Below, one piece after another: positions 35,465 through 45,662 of a DNA stretch of 64,000 bases. Within the stretch, counting starts at the first letter, position 1; each line of letters starts with the position of its first letter. Under the pieces are notes generated by a model. That model was not told the origin of the DNA. It did not search any database and saw only the letters and a list, made by a program, of their open reading frames with translations. Source of the DNA: Bacteroidales bacterium (GTDB lineage: Bacteria > Bacteroidota > Bacteroidia > Bacteroidales > P3); NCBI GenBank assembly GCA_017454015.1, contig JAFTDW010000006.1, positions 8,452-72,451 on the forward strand, written 5' to 3'. The position numbers and the translations under genes were made by a program.

Positions 35465-35620
35465 ATAAATCGCCAAAACTGATATTTTTTTTATAAAATG
35501 GCGAAATATAGGTGTTATAAATCGCCAAAACTGATATTTTTTTTGTAAAATGGCGAAATATGGGTGATATAAATCGCCAAAACTGATGTTTTTTTTGTAA
35601 AATGGCGAAATATAGACAGT
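35465..35620. repeat. Tandem direct repeat, 3 x 52 bp, just upstream of the ATPase gene
   Basis: Units start at 35465, 35517 and 35569. Each contains tcgcca...T8...tggcga. Confidence 0.85.
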
Positions 35621-35721
35621 GCGGTGTTGTCCTGGTTTCAGCTTTATGGAAAGGTGCTGCTTTTTGACATACAGTGTGTTATGCTGTTGTCAAAATGCGT
35701 GGCGCAGGGCGACTCTCGTTG

Positions 35722-38043
35722 TCAGAACTTGTAGTCGATACCGGCACTAATGAGTATGGGCAGCTGGTTTACGCGCTCGGCGCTGAGACGGTCGAAGTAG
35801 AAGATGTTGTCGCGGTTGTAGAGGTTGGTGACGCCGAGGTCCACTTCGATTAGGCCGCGTTTGCCCACGGAGAACTTGCGTTTTACGCCCACATCGAGGC
35901 GGTGGTATGTGGGCAGGCGTCCGCCATAGAGCTCACCGTAGTGTACACCATACACGCCGTTGTCCGACACGTAGCCGTTGCCTATGCGTCCGTCGAGGTT
36001 GAGCAACTCGTAGACGCCTTGGGTCTGTGTGTAGGGAAATCCGCTGCCAAAGCTCCAGCGTCCGCTGAGCTCCCACTGGTGTTGGTCGCCGAGGGCGTAG
36101 GTGGTGAGCAGGTTGATGGTGTGGCGGCGGTCGTAGTGGGGTGTGTAGGTCTGCACTTCGTCGTGGCGTTTGACATAGCCGAGAGAGTAGGTGGCCCATA
36201 TATAGAGCCTGTCGCCGTCGTAGCACACGCTGATGTCCGTGCCTGCGGCGTAGCCTTTCTCGATGATATAGTCCGTTAGGTAGTACTGCGGTTTCTCGTA
36301 TACCCCTCCTACGAGGTAGGCGGGGTCGGTGCGGTCGTATATCTGGTTGTGGTTGGCGCCGAGGAGCTGGTTGAAGTACTTGAAGTAGCCTTCGAGGTTG
36401 ACGGTGAGGTGGCGGGAGATGTCGTATTCGGCGCCCACCACGAGGTGAGTGGCTTTCTGCACGCACGACTCCACCGGCTCGTCGCGGTACATGGTGGGCA
36501 GGTTGAGGCTGCCGGAGCCGGTAAGGAAGCCGTTGAAGAGGTTGACGATGTCGTTGTCGGGGCGGGCGTCGAGGAGTATCTGGCTGTAGAGGCCGCTGGC
36601 GAGTTTGATGCGCAGGTGGTCGCTGGCGTTGAACTTGGCGGCGAGGCGCGGCTCCAGCCGCGCCTCCTGTAGCGAGGCGTAGTACACGAAACGCAATCCC
36701 GGGTCGACAAGCCATTTACCTGCCGACGCGTTGTAGTTGAGGTAGGCCGAGAACTGGGTGGTGTTCTCTTTGTCTTGCTTGCGCGAGATGTTGTATTGGT
36801 TCACGTAGCGGTATTCGGTGGAGTAGCCTTCCATGCTGAGGCCGAATTTGAACTTGTTCTTGCCTATGAAGTTGGTGACATTGAGCCCCATGTTGAAGCC
36901 GCCTATGGTGCTGTGGTTGTCCTGTCCGCTGCCGTCGTCGAGGTTGAGGTTGTAGTTGGAGTAGGCCACGGCGCCGTCGACCACTGCCGACTCGCGGGTG
37001 AGGAGCACGAAGTTGGAGCCCAGTCCGTAGTTGTGCCAGTGGTAGTCGGCAATGGCGCGGTAGTTGTCCACGCGGTCGTCGAAGTTGAAACCGTAGGCGT
37101 TGATTTTGCTGCCGTTGCCCGAGTTGAAGCTTATCTTGCCGTAGATGTCGGTATAGTCGAAAGGCAGGCCGCCGTCGATGTAGGGGTATATGATTTTAGA
37201 GCTGCGCGAGAGGTAGGAGTTCTTGGCTGTGAGCAGGTAGCTTATTGTCGAGGCGTTTGAGGGACTTTCGCGTTTGAGGGGGCCTTCGAGGGTGAGGTTG
37301 GCTCCAAAGGTGTTGAGGCCTACCTTGCCGGTGTGGCGTTTTTTGTTGCCGTCGCGCGTGGTGATGTCCATCACCGACGAGAGGCGCCCGCCGTACTCGG
37401 CGCCGAAGGCTCCGGTGTAGATGTTGGCGTTGAGTATGACGTCGGTCTCGAAGATGGAGTAGAGGCCTATGGAGTGGAAGGGGTTGTATACCACCATGCC
37501 GTCGAGAAGGCATAGGTTCTGTATCATGGAGCCGCCGCGTATGTAGAGTTGGCCGCCCTGGTCGCCGGTGGAGTTGATGCCGGGCAGCACCTGCAGGTAT
37601 TGCGCCAGGTCGGCAATGCCGCCTATGGAGGGCATCTGCTGTATCTGTGTGGCGGTGATTTTCTCCACGGAGACCTGTGTCTGTATCTTCATCTCTTCGT
37701 TGCGGCTCTCGCGCACCACTACGGTCTTGAGTTGTTGGCTTGCCGGTTTGAGGTGCAGGTTGCGGGTGAGCACCTTGTGGCCCGCGAGGCTTACCGCCTC
37801 GCGGTACTCATCGTAGCCTATGCAGCGCACCACTATGGTGTAGTTGCCGTCGGGTATCTTGTTGATAAGGAAGATGCCGTTGAGGTCGGTGGCGGCTCCG
37901 TAAGAGGTGCCTTCAAGCTGCACGGCGGCAAAGGGTATGGCTTCGCCGTTGGCGTCGTCGTAGAGCACTCCCTTCAGGGTGTTTTGGGCTTGTGCGGCAA
38001 ATGTCAGCAGTGTGAGCAGCAGGAGCTGTATATAGCGTTTCAT
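35722..38043 (-). CDS. TonB-dependent receptor with N-terminal CarboxypepD_reg-like domain
   Basis: Signal peptide from the ATG at 38043 (MKRYIQLLLLTLLTFAAQAQ), LKGVLYDDANGEAIPFAAV...GNYTIVVRCIGYD, a plug-like region, and a terminal ...IDYKF. Confidence 0.85.
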   Translation of the reverse strand: MKRYIQLLLLTLLTFAAQAQNTLKGVLYDDANGEAIPFAAVQLEGTSYGAATDLNGIFLINKIPDGNYTIVVRCIGYDEYREAVSLAGHKVLTRNLHLKPASQQLKTVVVRESRNEEMKIQTQVSVEKITATQIQQMPSIGGIADLAQYLQVLPGINSTGDQGGQLYIRGGSMIQNLCLLDGMVVYNPFHSIGLYSIFETDVILNANIYTGAFGAEYGGRLSSVMDITTRDGNKKRHTGKVGLNTFGANLTLEGPLKRESPSNASTISYLLTAKNSYLSRSSKIIYPYIDGGLPFDYTDIYGKISFNSGNGSKINAYGFNFDDRVDNYRAIADYHWHNYGLGSNFVLLTRESAVVDGAVAYSNYNLNLDDGSGQDNHSTIGGFNMGLNVTNFIGKNKFKFGLSMEGYSTEYRYVNQYNISRKQDKENTTQFSAYLNYNASAGKWLVDPGLRFVYYASLQEARLEPRLAAKFNASDHLRIKLASGLYSQILLDARPDNDIVNLFNGFLTGSGSLNLPTMYRDEPVESCVQKATHLVVGAEYDISRHLTVNLEGYFKYFNQLLGANHNQIYDRTDPAYLVGGVYEKPQYYLTDYIIEKGYAAGTDISVCYDGDRLYIWATYSLGYVKRHDEVQTYTPHYDRRHTINLLTTYALGDQHQWELSGRWSFGSGFPYTQTQGVYELLNLDGRIGNGYVSDNGVYGVHYGELYGGRLPTYHRLDVGVKRKFSVGKRGLIEVDLGVTNLYNRDNIFYFDRLSAERVNQLPILISAGIDYKF

Positions 38044-38056
38044 CAGAAACTGTTTC

Positions 38057-39100
38057 TTAGTGTATGATTTTGAATATGAGTTCGCGGAGTAGTTCTCCAT
38101 CGCTTGTTGTCGAGGGGTTGTTGCCCATGCCTTTGCTTTTGATGTCGGCTTCGTGGAGGTAGCGTATGCAGCTGGCTAGCTTGGGCAGCGTGTAGTTGTT
38201 GGCGGCGGTCTCGTAGTCGCGCAGGAAGTAGGGGCTTACGCCAATTGCTGCCGCAGCGTTGCTCTTGTCGGGCTCTTGGAGGTATATCATCACTTTGATG
38301 AAGTAGTTGTAGAGGTTGGGCAGTATGAGTTGTATGGGGTTTTCCTTAGGGTTGGCTGCGAAGTGGTTTATTATGCGGTTGCACTTCACCACGTCGCGGC
38401 GGCCTATGGCGTTTTGCAGCTCGAAGATGTTGAAGTCCTTGCTGATGCCAATATTGACCTCTACGTCGTTGTCGGTTATGGTGCCGCCCTGCGGCTTGGC
38501 GGCATAGAGTTTCTCCAGCTCGTTGGTGACTTTGGAGAGGTTGTTGCCTATGCAGTTGGCCATCAGCGTGGCGCTGCGCTCTGTTATGGCGTAGCCGTGT
38601 TCGCGTGCGTGGGTGGCTATCCATGCCGGCAGCTCTTGGTCGCGCAGCTTTTTCGACTCATAGAACACCCCGCACTTGTCTATGGCGTTGTGGACCTTGG
38701 TGCGTTTGTCCCATTTCTTGCGGTTGCGCTGGCGGTAGCAGAACACCAGCACGGTGCTCGGCGGTGCTATCTCCAGGTATTTGAGCAGGAGCTCCCATTC
38801 CGCCGTTTTCTTCTTGCCGGCGTTTTTCAAGCCTATGTCCTGCGCTTCGCGCACCACTATGAGCTGGCGTTCCGACATCATGGGTAGCCGCTGTGCCATG
38901 GATATGACTTCGGCCATGGTCACGTCGCGGCCATATACTATTGTCTGGTCAAAGTCGCGACTCTCTTCGGGTACCACGCTGGCCTCAATCTTGCTGTCCA
39001 GACGGTCTATATAGTAGTCTTCTTCGCCCGTGAGCAGGTATACAGGTAGGAATACGCCGTTGTCGATGTCTTTAATTATCTGACTTTCTGTCTTTGCCAT
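38057..39100 (-). CDS. holA: DNA polymerase III delta subunit
   Basis: N-terminus ...VYLLTGEEDYYID, and the size and pattern are typical of HolA. I prefer the ATG at 39100 over the longer tracked ORF. Confidence 0.75.
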   Translation of the reverse strand: MAKTESQIIKDIDNGVFLPVYLLTGEEDYYIDRLDSKIEASVVPEESRDFDQTIVYGRDVTMAEVISMAQRLPMMSERQLIVVREAQDIGLKNAGKKKTAEWELLLKYLEIAPPSTVLVFCYRQRNRKKWDKRTKVHNAIDKCGVFYESKKLRDQELPAWIATHAREHGYAITERSATLMANCIGNNLSKVTNELEKLYAAKPQGGTITDNDVEVNIGISKDFNIFELQNAIGRRDVVKCNRIINHFAANPKENPIQLILPNLYNYFIKVMIYLQEPDKSNAAAAIGVSPYFLRDYETAANNYTLPKLASCIRYLHEADIKSKGMGNNPSTTSDGELLRELIFKIIH

Positions 39101-39258
39101 AGCGGTGGGGTAAATATGCAAGTGTACAAAATTACCAAAAAAAAATGAATTGTCAATCATCTTTTTCTATTTTTAGAGTTATTGGTATTCGATAAGAGTT
39201 TCGTTATACCGTTATATCGTATTGTCGTTATAACACCCTTTTGTCCCTCAAAAAAACT

Positions 39259-40860
39259 ATGAAGGCTCCGCTTGCGCTGACAGTGATACCGCTTGCTTTG
39301 GGCATCGTCATGGCCGATGCCTTGCCTTTCGGCATTCCCTTGTGGCTTGTCTTTGTGGCTGCTGTTATGCTGCTGGCTCTCTACGGTTTTTTGCTGTGGC
39401 TTGAGCGCAGGCGTGCTGTCGGATGGTGGCTTGGCGTTGTGGTTCTTGAGGTTGCCATGTTGCTGGTGGGCTACGGTCTCTATGCCGGTCGCCGTCCCGA
39501 GTTGCGCAGCAGTCATTACACCCGCTATCTGTCGCGCGCGAACTCCCTGCAAGGCTTCGGCCAGCGCTGCGGTCTGCGCGGCACTGTGGTCGAGAGCCCT
39601 TCCGAAAGGCCGCGTTCATACAAGGTGTTGCTCAGCCTTTGCAGCATGGAGGACAGCGCCGGTGTGTGGCACCGTTGCGACGGCAGGATTTTGGCATACG
39701 TGCAGAAGAGTGCCGTGGCTGCAGCTCTGCGGCAGGGCGACACCGTGTCGGCCTGCGCCGCTGTGGGTTTGGCCGCGGACTCCATAGGCAGGGATGGCTT
39801 TGACTACCGCCGCTACCTGCACCGCAATGGTATTGAGCGGCAGTGCTATATCGACAGCCTTTCATTGGTTGTTGCACCGCGCCCCGGCTCCGGTATTCTT
39901 TCGGTGGGGCAGTGGTTCGCCGCCCTGCGCGGCAGCATGCTGTCGCGCATCCGTTGCACATCGCTCACCGACAGCCAGAAAGGCGTGGCCGAAGCCATGC
40001 TGCTGGGGTGGAAGGAGGATGTCGACGAGGCTACGCGCCGACAGTTCCAGCAGGCAGGCATATCCCATCTGCTGTGTGTCTCGGGGCTCCACGTGGGTAT
40101 AGTGGCATGGTTGGCGGGAGTGGCTCTTTCGTGGATGGGCAGGCGCCGCTGGGAGCGGGCTGCCAGGAGCGTGGCGCAGCTCGCGGTGGTGTGGTTCTTT
40201 GTGATGCTCACCGGTGCGGCTCCCTCGGCGATGCGTGCAGGCTTGATGTTTTCGTTCATCATTGTCGGCAACAACCTTTCCGATGGCTACAACATCTACA
40301 ACAATCTGTTCCTCTCGGCTTTGGTACTATTGCTGATAAATCCCTCGGTGCTGTTCAGCGTAAGTTTCCAACTCTCGTACTGCGCCGTGTTTGGCATTGC
40401 CGCAGTGCGTCCGTTGCTGTATCCCCGTTTCCTGATGTCACAGACGCAAGGCCGCAACCTCCTCAAGCGTTCTGCCTTGTGGCTCTGGCAACTCTGCTTG
40501 GTGAGCGTTGCCGCGCAGACAGCAACGCTGCCTCTGGTGCTCTACTATTTTCACACGCTGCCACTCTATTTCTTGATAGCCAATGTCGTGGTGGTGCCGT
40601 TTGCCGGGCTGCTGTTGGCCACGCTGCTTGTCATGGCGTTGCTGGTGGGGGTTGGGCCGCTGGGCGGTTGGGCGGCGCGGCTTGCCTCGCTGGAGCTCAA
40701 CGCCATTGACGCCATAACCTCGTGGGTGGGACGGCTGCCGCATGCAGTGGTCGACAACATCTACTGCACGCCGCTGGCCACGGTGCTGCTCGCTGCCGCC
40801 GTGGCGGCGCTCGCAATAGCCGTGGACAAGTTCTCGGCAAAAGATTTTCCGGCAATTTGA
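39259..40860 (+). CDS. comEC: ComEC/Rec2-family membrane protein (no C-terminal metallo-beta-lactamase domain)
   Basis: GISHLLCVSGLHVGIV motif and many TM helices. ATG at 39259, in frame with the tracked TTG at 39241. Confidence 0.8.
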   Translation: MKAPLALTVIPLALGIVMADALPFGIPLWLVFVAAVMLLALYGFLLWLERRRAVGWWLGVVVLEVAMLLVGYGLYAGRRPELRSSHYTRYLSRANSLQGFGQRCGLRGTVVESPSERPRSYKVLLSLCSMEDSAGVWHRCDGRILAYVQKSAVAAALRQGDTVSACAAVGLAADSIGRDGFDYRRYLHRNGIERQCYIDSLSLVVAPRPGSGILSVGQWFAALRGSMLSRIRCTSLTDSQKGVAEAMLLGWKEDVDEATRRQFQQAGISHLLCVSGLHVGIVAWLAGVALSWMGRRRWERAARSVAQLAVVWFFVMLTGAAPSAMRAGLMFSFIIVGNNLSDGYNIYNNLFLSALVLLLINPSVLFSVSFQLSYCAVFGIAAVRPLLYPRFLMSQTQGRNLLKRSALWLWQLCLVSVAAQTATLPLVLYYFHTLPLYFLIANVVVVPFAGLLLATLLVMALLVGVGPLGGWAARLASLELNAIDAITSWVGRLPHAVVDNIYCTPLATVLLAAAVAALAIAVDKFSAKDFPAI

Positions 40861-40929
40861 AAAATATTGTGTATTTTTGCAAAACGATTTGGTTGCAGAG
40901 AGAGTGTGTTAATGTTGTTGCAAACAGCT

Positions 40930-41095
40930 GAGATACACACTTGTGAGCATCAAAAGGGAAGTACGGTGCAAGTCCGTCGCAGTCCCGCTGCTGTAAGCTC
41001 CGCAAGCAACGTCGCCGAGTAACGCCACTGTGTGCCGCCACAGGCACATGGGAAGGTTTCGGGGACGGGAGCAAGCCAGAAGACCTGCCAAGTCG
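40930..41095 (+). promoter_or_regulatory. Cobalamin (B12) riboswitch
   Basis: Conserved core aaagggaagtacggtgcaagtccgtcgcagtcccgctgctgtaag, then gccactg, gggaagg, and the B12 box agccagaagacctgcc (ends at 41089). Boundaries are approximate. Confidence 0.8.
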
Positions 41096-41285
41096 CGTCT
41101 TATGAGCTTTCGAGGAAAAAGCACGGGACAAGGCTGCTGTCGGCTTGCTTGGTCATTATGCAAGTGCAGCCGCTGTTTCCTTGGTCTTTCTCTCGTCAGC
41201 TCTGTAGTGGCAGGATATGCCAATGCAGCGTCGTGCTGTAACTGAACAAAAGAGAGAAAAACAACATATAAAAAACATAAAAGCC

Positions 41286-43220
41286 ATGATTAAAAAACTA
41301 TTATCTGTTGCCATTGTTTTGTTGGCAGCTACAGTCCTTAACGCTCAACCCATGCAGGGTACCAGCGGAAACGGCTCCCATAAGGACAATAGGGGAGGAG
41401 CCAAGAATGTAACCTTCAGAGCGTCCGATGTTCTCTTCTGGACAGGCTCGGGCAGCGACTCGGCAGTGGTGGTGATAGGCTGGGACGACCAGTCGGCCCC
41501 CTACACGCCTACGGCCTTGGTGTGGGGCGTGCGTTTCAGCGGCTCCGTGACGGCCAAGAACATGCTCGACACAATTGCGGCCTACGACCCACGCTTCACC
41601 TTCTCGTTCACCGGTCAGCTCCTCGCAACTATACAGTATATAGACAGCGCTGCGTCACTTTATCTCACCCCCTCAGCCAACGGCGACTGCTACTATGTCA
41701 ACGGCACGTGGGCTCCCGATGTGTACGCCAACTATCCCATTCATTGCGGCGACCTCATGGAAATCTCGGAGACTTGCTACTTCACCCTTACCAATGCCAC
41801 ACCGGTCACGCCGGTCAGCGGCGGCGGGAATGCAGCTCCTACCGACGCCACCATTGCCGCCTCCGACATTCTCTATTGGATAGGCACTGGCAGCAAGCAG
41901 CTTGTGTTTGTGGTCAACTGGGCCGACACCGCACTGGCTTGGGGCTACAAGTTCTCCGCCGACAGCGTGTCGCTCACCACCGTGATGGACAATATCGCTG
42001 CAGCCGACCCCCGTTTCGACTACACCACTGCCGGCGGCTACCTCACCGACATCACATTCCTCGCCGGCACCGACACCCTGCGCATCACCCCGGGCAACTA
42101 CTGGAGCCAGTATGTCAACGGCTATGAGGGCATGGGTCTTTCCCAGGTGCTTCACGACGGCGACCTCAACCGCTGGGCCGACCCTGCCGCAGGTGTTGTC
42201 GTCGACAGTGTCTACTACGACCCGTGGGGCTGGTTCTACACCTACGTCTATCCCGGCAACATCACAGCGGTGAGCATCCCCGCCAACACCAGCGGCCCGT
42301 TCTGCGGTCCCGTAGGCTCCGAAGGCTGCAACGCTGTGGCTCACAACAGCTCGTCAATCAAGGCTTGGGCTACGGCTTGCACCATAGTGCGCGGTTCGCA
42401 AGACCTCTCCAACTCCGGTGCACCGCTCGTGACCTATGGCACTGAGACCGAGGCCGTGGGCCCTGCTGGCGACAACACCATGAACGTGGTGAGTCTTGGC
42501 GACGGCGGCTCGGCTACCCTCACTTTTGCCAAACCTATCATGAACGGCCCTGGCGCCGACTTCGCGGTGTTCGAGAACTCGTTCAACGACAGCTTCCTTG
42601 AGCTGGCTTTTGTGGAGGTCAGCTCCGACGGACAGCGTTTTGTGCGTTTCCCAGCCACCTCACTCACGCAGACCTACATGCAGATTGGCGGCAACGGCTC
42701 TGTCGACCCCACTTTCATCAACAACCTCGCCGGCAAGTTCCGTGTGGGCTATGGCACCCCCTTCGATCTCAACGAACTTCGCGACAGCACCGGCCTCGAC
42801 ATCAACAACATCACCCATGTGCGCATTGTCGACGCGGTGGGCAGCATCGACCCGCAATACGGCACCTACGACGCATTCGGCCACATAGTCAACGACCCGT
42901 TCCCCACTGTGAGCTACTCGTCGGGCTTCGACCTCGACGGAGTGGGTGTCATAAACCCCAAGAGCGAAGGCATCGATGCATCGGATGAGCAGGCAGTGGC
43001 TGTCTACCCCAATCCCGCCAACAGCTATGTCACAGTGATGGCGGGTGCCGCCAGTGGCTCGCAGGCCACGCTCTACGACATGACAGGGCGTGTAGTCGCC
43101 TCGCAGAGCCTCTCGGCAGGACAGCGTGAGGTGCGTATCTCCACCCAGTCGCTGCCCGACGGTGTGTATATGCTGCGCATAGGCGAGCTCAATGCAAAAA
43201 TTGTCGTCGCACACAGATAA
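41286..43220 (+). CDS. Secreted protein with an internally duplicated N-terminal domain and a T9SS C-terminal sorting domain
   Basis: Signal peptide from the ATG at 41286 (MIKKLLSVAIVLLAATVLNAQ). Repeats start around nt 41407 and 41843 (ASDVLFWTGSGS.. / ASDILYWIGTGS..). C-terminus VYPNPANSYVTV...GVYMLRIGELNAKIVV. Confidence 0.7.
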   Translation: MIKKLLSVAIVLLAATVLNAQPMQGTSGNGSHKDNRGGAKNVTFRASDVLFWTGSGSDSAVVVIGWDDQSAPYTPTALVWGVRFSGSVTAKNMLDTIAAYDPRFTFSFTGQLLATIQYIDSAASLYLTPSANGDCYYVNGTWAPDVYANYPIHCGDLMEISETCYFTLTNATPVTPVSGGGNAAPTDATIAASDILYWIGTGSKQLVFVVNWADTALAWGYKFSADSVSLTTVMDNIAAADPRFDYTTAGGYLTDITFLAGTDTLRITPGNYWSQYVNGYEGMGLSQVLHDGDLNRWADPAAGVVVDSVYYDPWGWFYTYVYPGNITAVSIPANTSGPFCGPVGSEGCNAVAHNSSSIKAWATACTIVRGSQDLSNSGAPLVTYGTETEAVGPAGDNTMNVVSLGDGGSATLTFAKPIMNGPGADFAVFENSFNDSFLELAFVEVSSDGQRFVRFPATSLTQTYMQIGGNGSVDPTFINNLAGKFRVGYGTPFDLNELRDSTGLDINNITHVRIVDAVGSIDPQYGTYDAFGHIVNDPFPTVSYSSGFDLDGVGVINPKSEGIDASDEQAVAVYPNPANSYVTVMAGAASGSQATLYDMTGRVVASQSLSAGQREVRISTQSLPDGVYMLRIGELNAKIVVAHR

Positions 43221-43268
43221 TATCGCTCAGCCTCGCAATTTAGCATTCGCAATAACGTTATTAAACTA

Positions 43269-43352
43269 TATGAATACTAAATTCTTTACCTAATTGTTTT
43301 GGAAAGCCCTGTAAAGGCGAAATCAATTTTAGGTATAACATTTAGCAATCAT
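43269..43352. repeat. Short (internally deleted) member of the repeat family (copy D)
   Basis: It keeps both terminal inverted repeats (atgaatactaaattctttacctaa ... ttaggtataacatttagcaatcatt) and one degenerate hairpin. Confidence 0.55.
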
Positions 43353-44030
43353 TTTAAACTAAAACGTTATTGCGCTATCTTAGAAATTAAAAAAATATAT
43401 CACAGCTGCTTCCTTGTGGAGAGCGACGATGCGCTCTTGGTGTTCGATTATTGGCGTGACCCTGCGGGGTTGCTTCACCAAGCCATCGCCTCCACGCGGA
43501 AGCAGTTGTATTTTTTTGTCTCGCATTTCCATCAGGACCACTACAATCCCGAAATCCTTGAGTGGCCGGCCTCTTCCGACAAGCCACACCGCCTGTTGGT
43601 CTCCTACGACACTGTGCGTCGTCGCCGTGTACCCAAGGAGCGTCTTGCCGCGGTGATGCGCCCGGGCCACCCCTACGAGGACAGCCTCATCGAGGTGCAT
43701 CCCTTTCGCAGCAGCGACATAGGCGTATCTGTGGGGGTTACAGTGAAAAGCAGCGGCGCGACGCTTTTCCATGCCGGCGACCTCAACAACTGGTATTTCG
43801 CCGACAGCCCCGATGAGCACCTCAAGGTGTCGCCGCAGCAGATGGAGGCTCTGTACCTCTCCATACTGCGCGAGATAAAGCAGGTCTACCCTCGGTTCGA
43901 CCACGTGATGTTTCCCGTTGACCCGCGCCTCGGCTCAGAGATGATGCGAGGCCCGCGGCAGTGGCAGGACAGCATCCCCACCGCCCATTTCCATCCCATG
44001 CACCAATGGGAAGAGGGTTTCAACGTGTAA
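43299..44030 (+). CDS. Metallo-beta-lactamase-fold hydrolase
   Basis: HxHxDH motif (SHFHQDHY). The tracked TTG start lies inside repeat copy D, so the true start is probably further downstream (uncertain). Confidence 0.6.
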   Translation: MESPVKAKSILGITFSNHFKLKRYCAILEIKKIYHSCFLVESDDALLVFDYWRDPAGLLHQAIASTRKQLYFFVSHFHQDHYNPEILEWPASSDKPHRLLVSYDTVRRRRVPKERLAAVMRPGHPYEDSLIEVHPFRSSDIGVSVGVTVKSSGATLFHAGDLNNWYFADSPDEHLKVSPQQMEALYLSILREIKQVYPRFDHVMFPVDPRLGSEMMRGPRQWQDSIPTAHFHPMHQWEEGFNV

Positions 44031-44155
44031 TTCTTTTCCCCACGCGGAGAATATAATTGCCGTATAATCTGCGGAGAATTATAGTGCTATTAAGCGCAAT
44101 ATAATTCTACATTTTATGTCAGATGTTTCTAATTGGTAACCTCTATTATGGGTAC

Positions 44156-45544
44156 TCAAGAACATCGGTTTGCCATCTCTTGCTGCAGGTCGTCGAGGTG
44201 TTGCAGCTCAGCGTTGTGGCGCAGGCGCAGCATGCGGTAGCGCCAGTTTTCCCATAGGTCGCGCATGGTGCCGAGGAGTGACGCGGCGCAGCGTGCGCAT
44301 ACAAACGTCATGACGTAGAACGCCAGTGCGTACCACCATCCCATGACAAAGCCCACCACTATGGTGAGTATCAAGCTAAGCAGACGCCCTGCGAGGAAGT
44401 GTATGCCGTAGTTCACCGAGCTGCGGAACTGGGGGTCTTTTACTGTGCGTCGAGGAATGAGGTGCAAAGGGAAGTATACGAGGGGCTGGCACAGGAACCA
44501 TGCCAGGGCAAAATAGCGGGCGTGGAGTCCCGCCGTGCCGCAGCTGCAGAGCAGTGCCACGGCGGCAAGCACCACGGCAGAGGTGAGCAGCAGTCGCCAC
44601 CACGGCCACCGTTCGGCGACAAGCTTTTCGCGGAGCTTGTATTTGCGGCAGATGGCGGCATACTCGTCGGCTTTCCCAACCATGGAGGGCAGTGCAGCGG
44701 CTTGCTCATTCTCCATGGCGTCGAGTCTGCGCGATATTATCTGGCGAGCGCGGAAACGTCCCCATGCGTTGCACGGCAGTTTCTCTTGTTTGCGTACGGC
44801 TTTGTTGAGCACGTTGCTCATGGTGTAGAACTGGTCGTAGTAGGTCTTGCTGCGTATGTCGTGCATCATTTCCAGCAGCCCTGCGGCAAGGGCGTCGCGC
44901 ATGCGGTTGAGTGCCACGGCCTCGTTCTCGTCCATCAGCTCCATGAACTGTTTCACAGGTATAGGCTTGCCTATGTTGACCACAAGGTCGGCGTAGGGCC
45001 GTTCGTATTCGTCAAAGTCTATGCCGGTGGGCACTATGTAGAGAGGCTTGTCGCCCATGGCGCGCTGCGCTTCGGCGGCGATGCGGAACATGCCTTTCAC
45101 CAGTGGCAGCAACTGGTGGCGGTCGTTGTGGCGCCCCTCGGCCATGAGGCACAGCGGGGTTCCCGACAGCAGCACGTCGCGGCTGCGGTCGAAAATCTCG
45201 TTGTTCTTTGACAGGTTGCTTTTGCCGTCGCGTATGCGGTATACGGGCATGATTTTGAGGAACGTGAGGAAGAAACGTGCCACGGGGTTCTGGAATATGT
45301 CGGCTCTGGCAAGGTAAACCACCGGGCGTGTGCGCATCATGTAGAGTATGGCGAGGGGCTCCATGAGGGCGTTCTGGTGGCATGGCGCGATGATGTAGTT
45401 GCCGTCGGTGGGCAGGTTGTCGCGCCCCTTGATGGCCACATGCCGGTAGTGGAACCGCGCGTAGATGGATACTATGGGGTTTAGGATAAAGTAGAAGAAG
45501 TCAAAGTCCTGTATCTGCCGTTTGTTTTTCTTTTCCCGTGGCAT
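44156..45544 (-). CDS. PlsC-like acyltransferase with a C-terminal membrane domain
   Basis: His box IIAPCHQNALMEP, then several C-terminal hydrophobic helices. Confidence 0.6.
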   Translation of the reverse strand: MPREKKNKRQIQDFDFFYFILNPIVSIYARFHYRHVAIKGRDNLPTDGNYIIAPCHQNALMEPLAILYMMRTRPVVYLARADIFQNPVARFFLTFLKIMPVYRIRDGKSNLSKNNEIFDRSRDVLLSGTPLCLMAEGRHNDRHQLLPLVKGMFRIAAEAQRAMGDKPLYIVPTGIDFDEYERPYADLVVNIGKPIPVKQFMELMDENEAVALNRMRDALAAGLLEMMHDIRSKTYYDQFYTMSNVLNKAVRKQEKLPCNAWGRFRARQIISRRLDAMENEQAAALPSMVGKADEYAAICRKYKLREKLVAERWPWWRLLLTSAVVLAAVALLCSCGTAGLHARYFALAWFLCQPLVYFPLHLIPRRTVKDPQFRSSVNYGIHFLAGRLLSLILTIVVGFVMGWWYALAFYVMTFVCARCAASLLGTMRDLWENWRYRMLRLRHNAELQHLDDLQQEMANRCS

Positions 45545-45662
45545 AGGCTGTTGGTGATGTATGGTTTGTTTTTTTTCGTTTATTAACGAAATATAGTTGT
45601 CCTTATTGCATTGTTGAACTCCATTTCATTGACAATAATTTCATGGCGGTATAATATTTTTT

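Noticed and set aside
35465-35620. Possible CRISPR array
   Set aside because: The three 52-bp units are directly adjacent with no spacers. There are no cas genes, and the units are AT-rich with poly-T.
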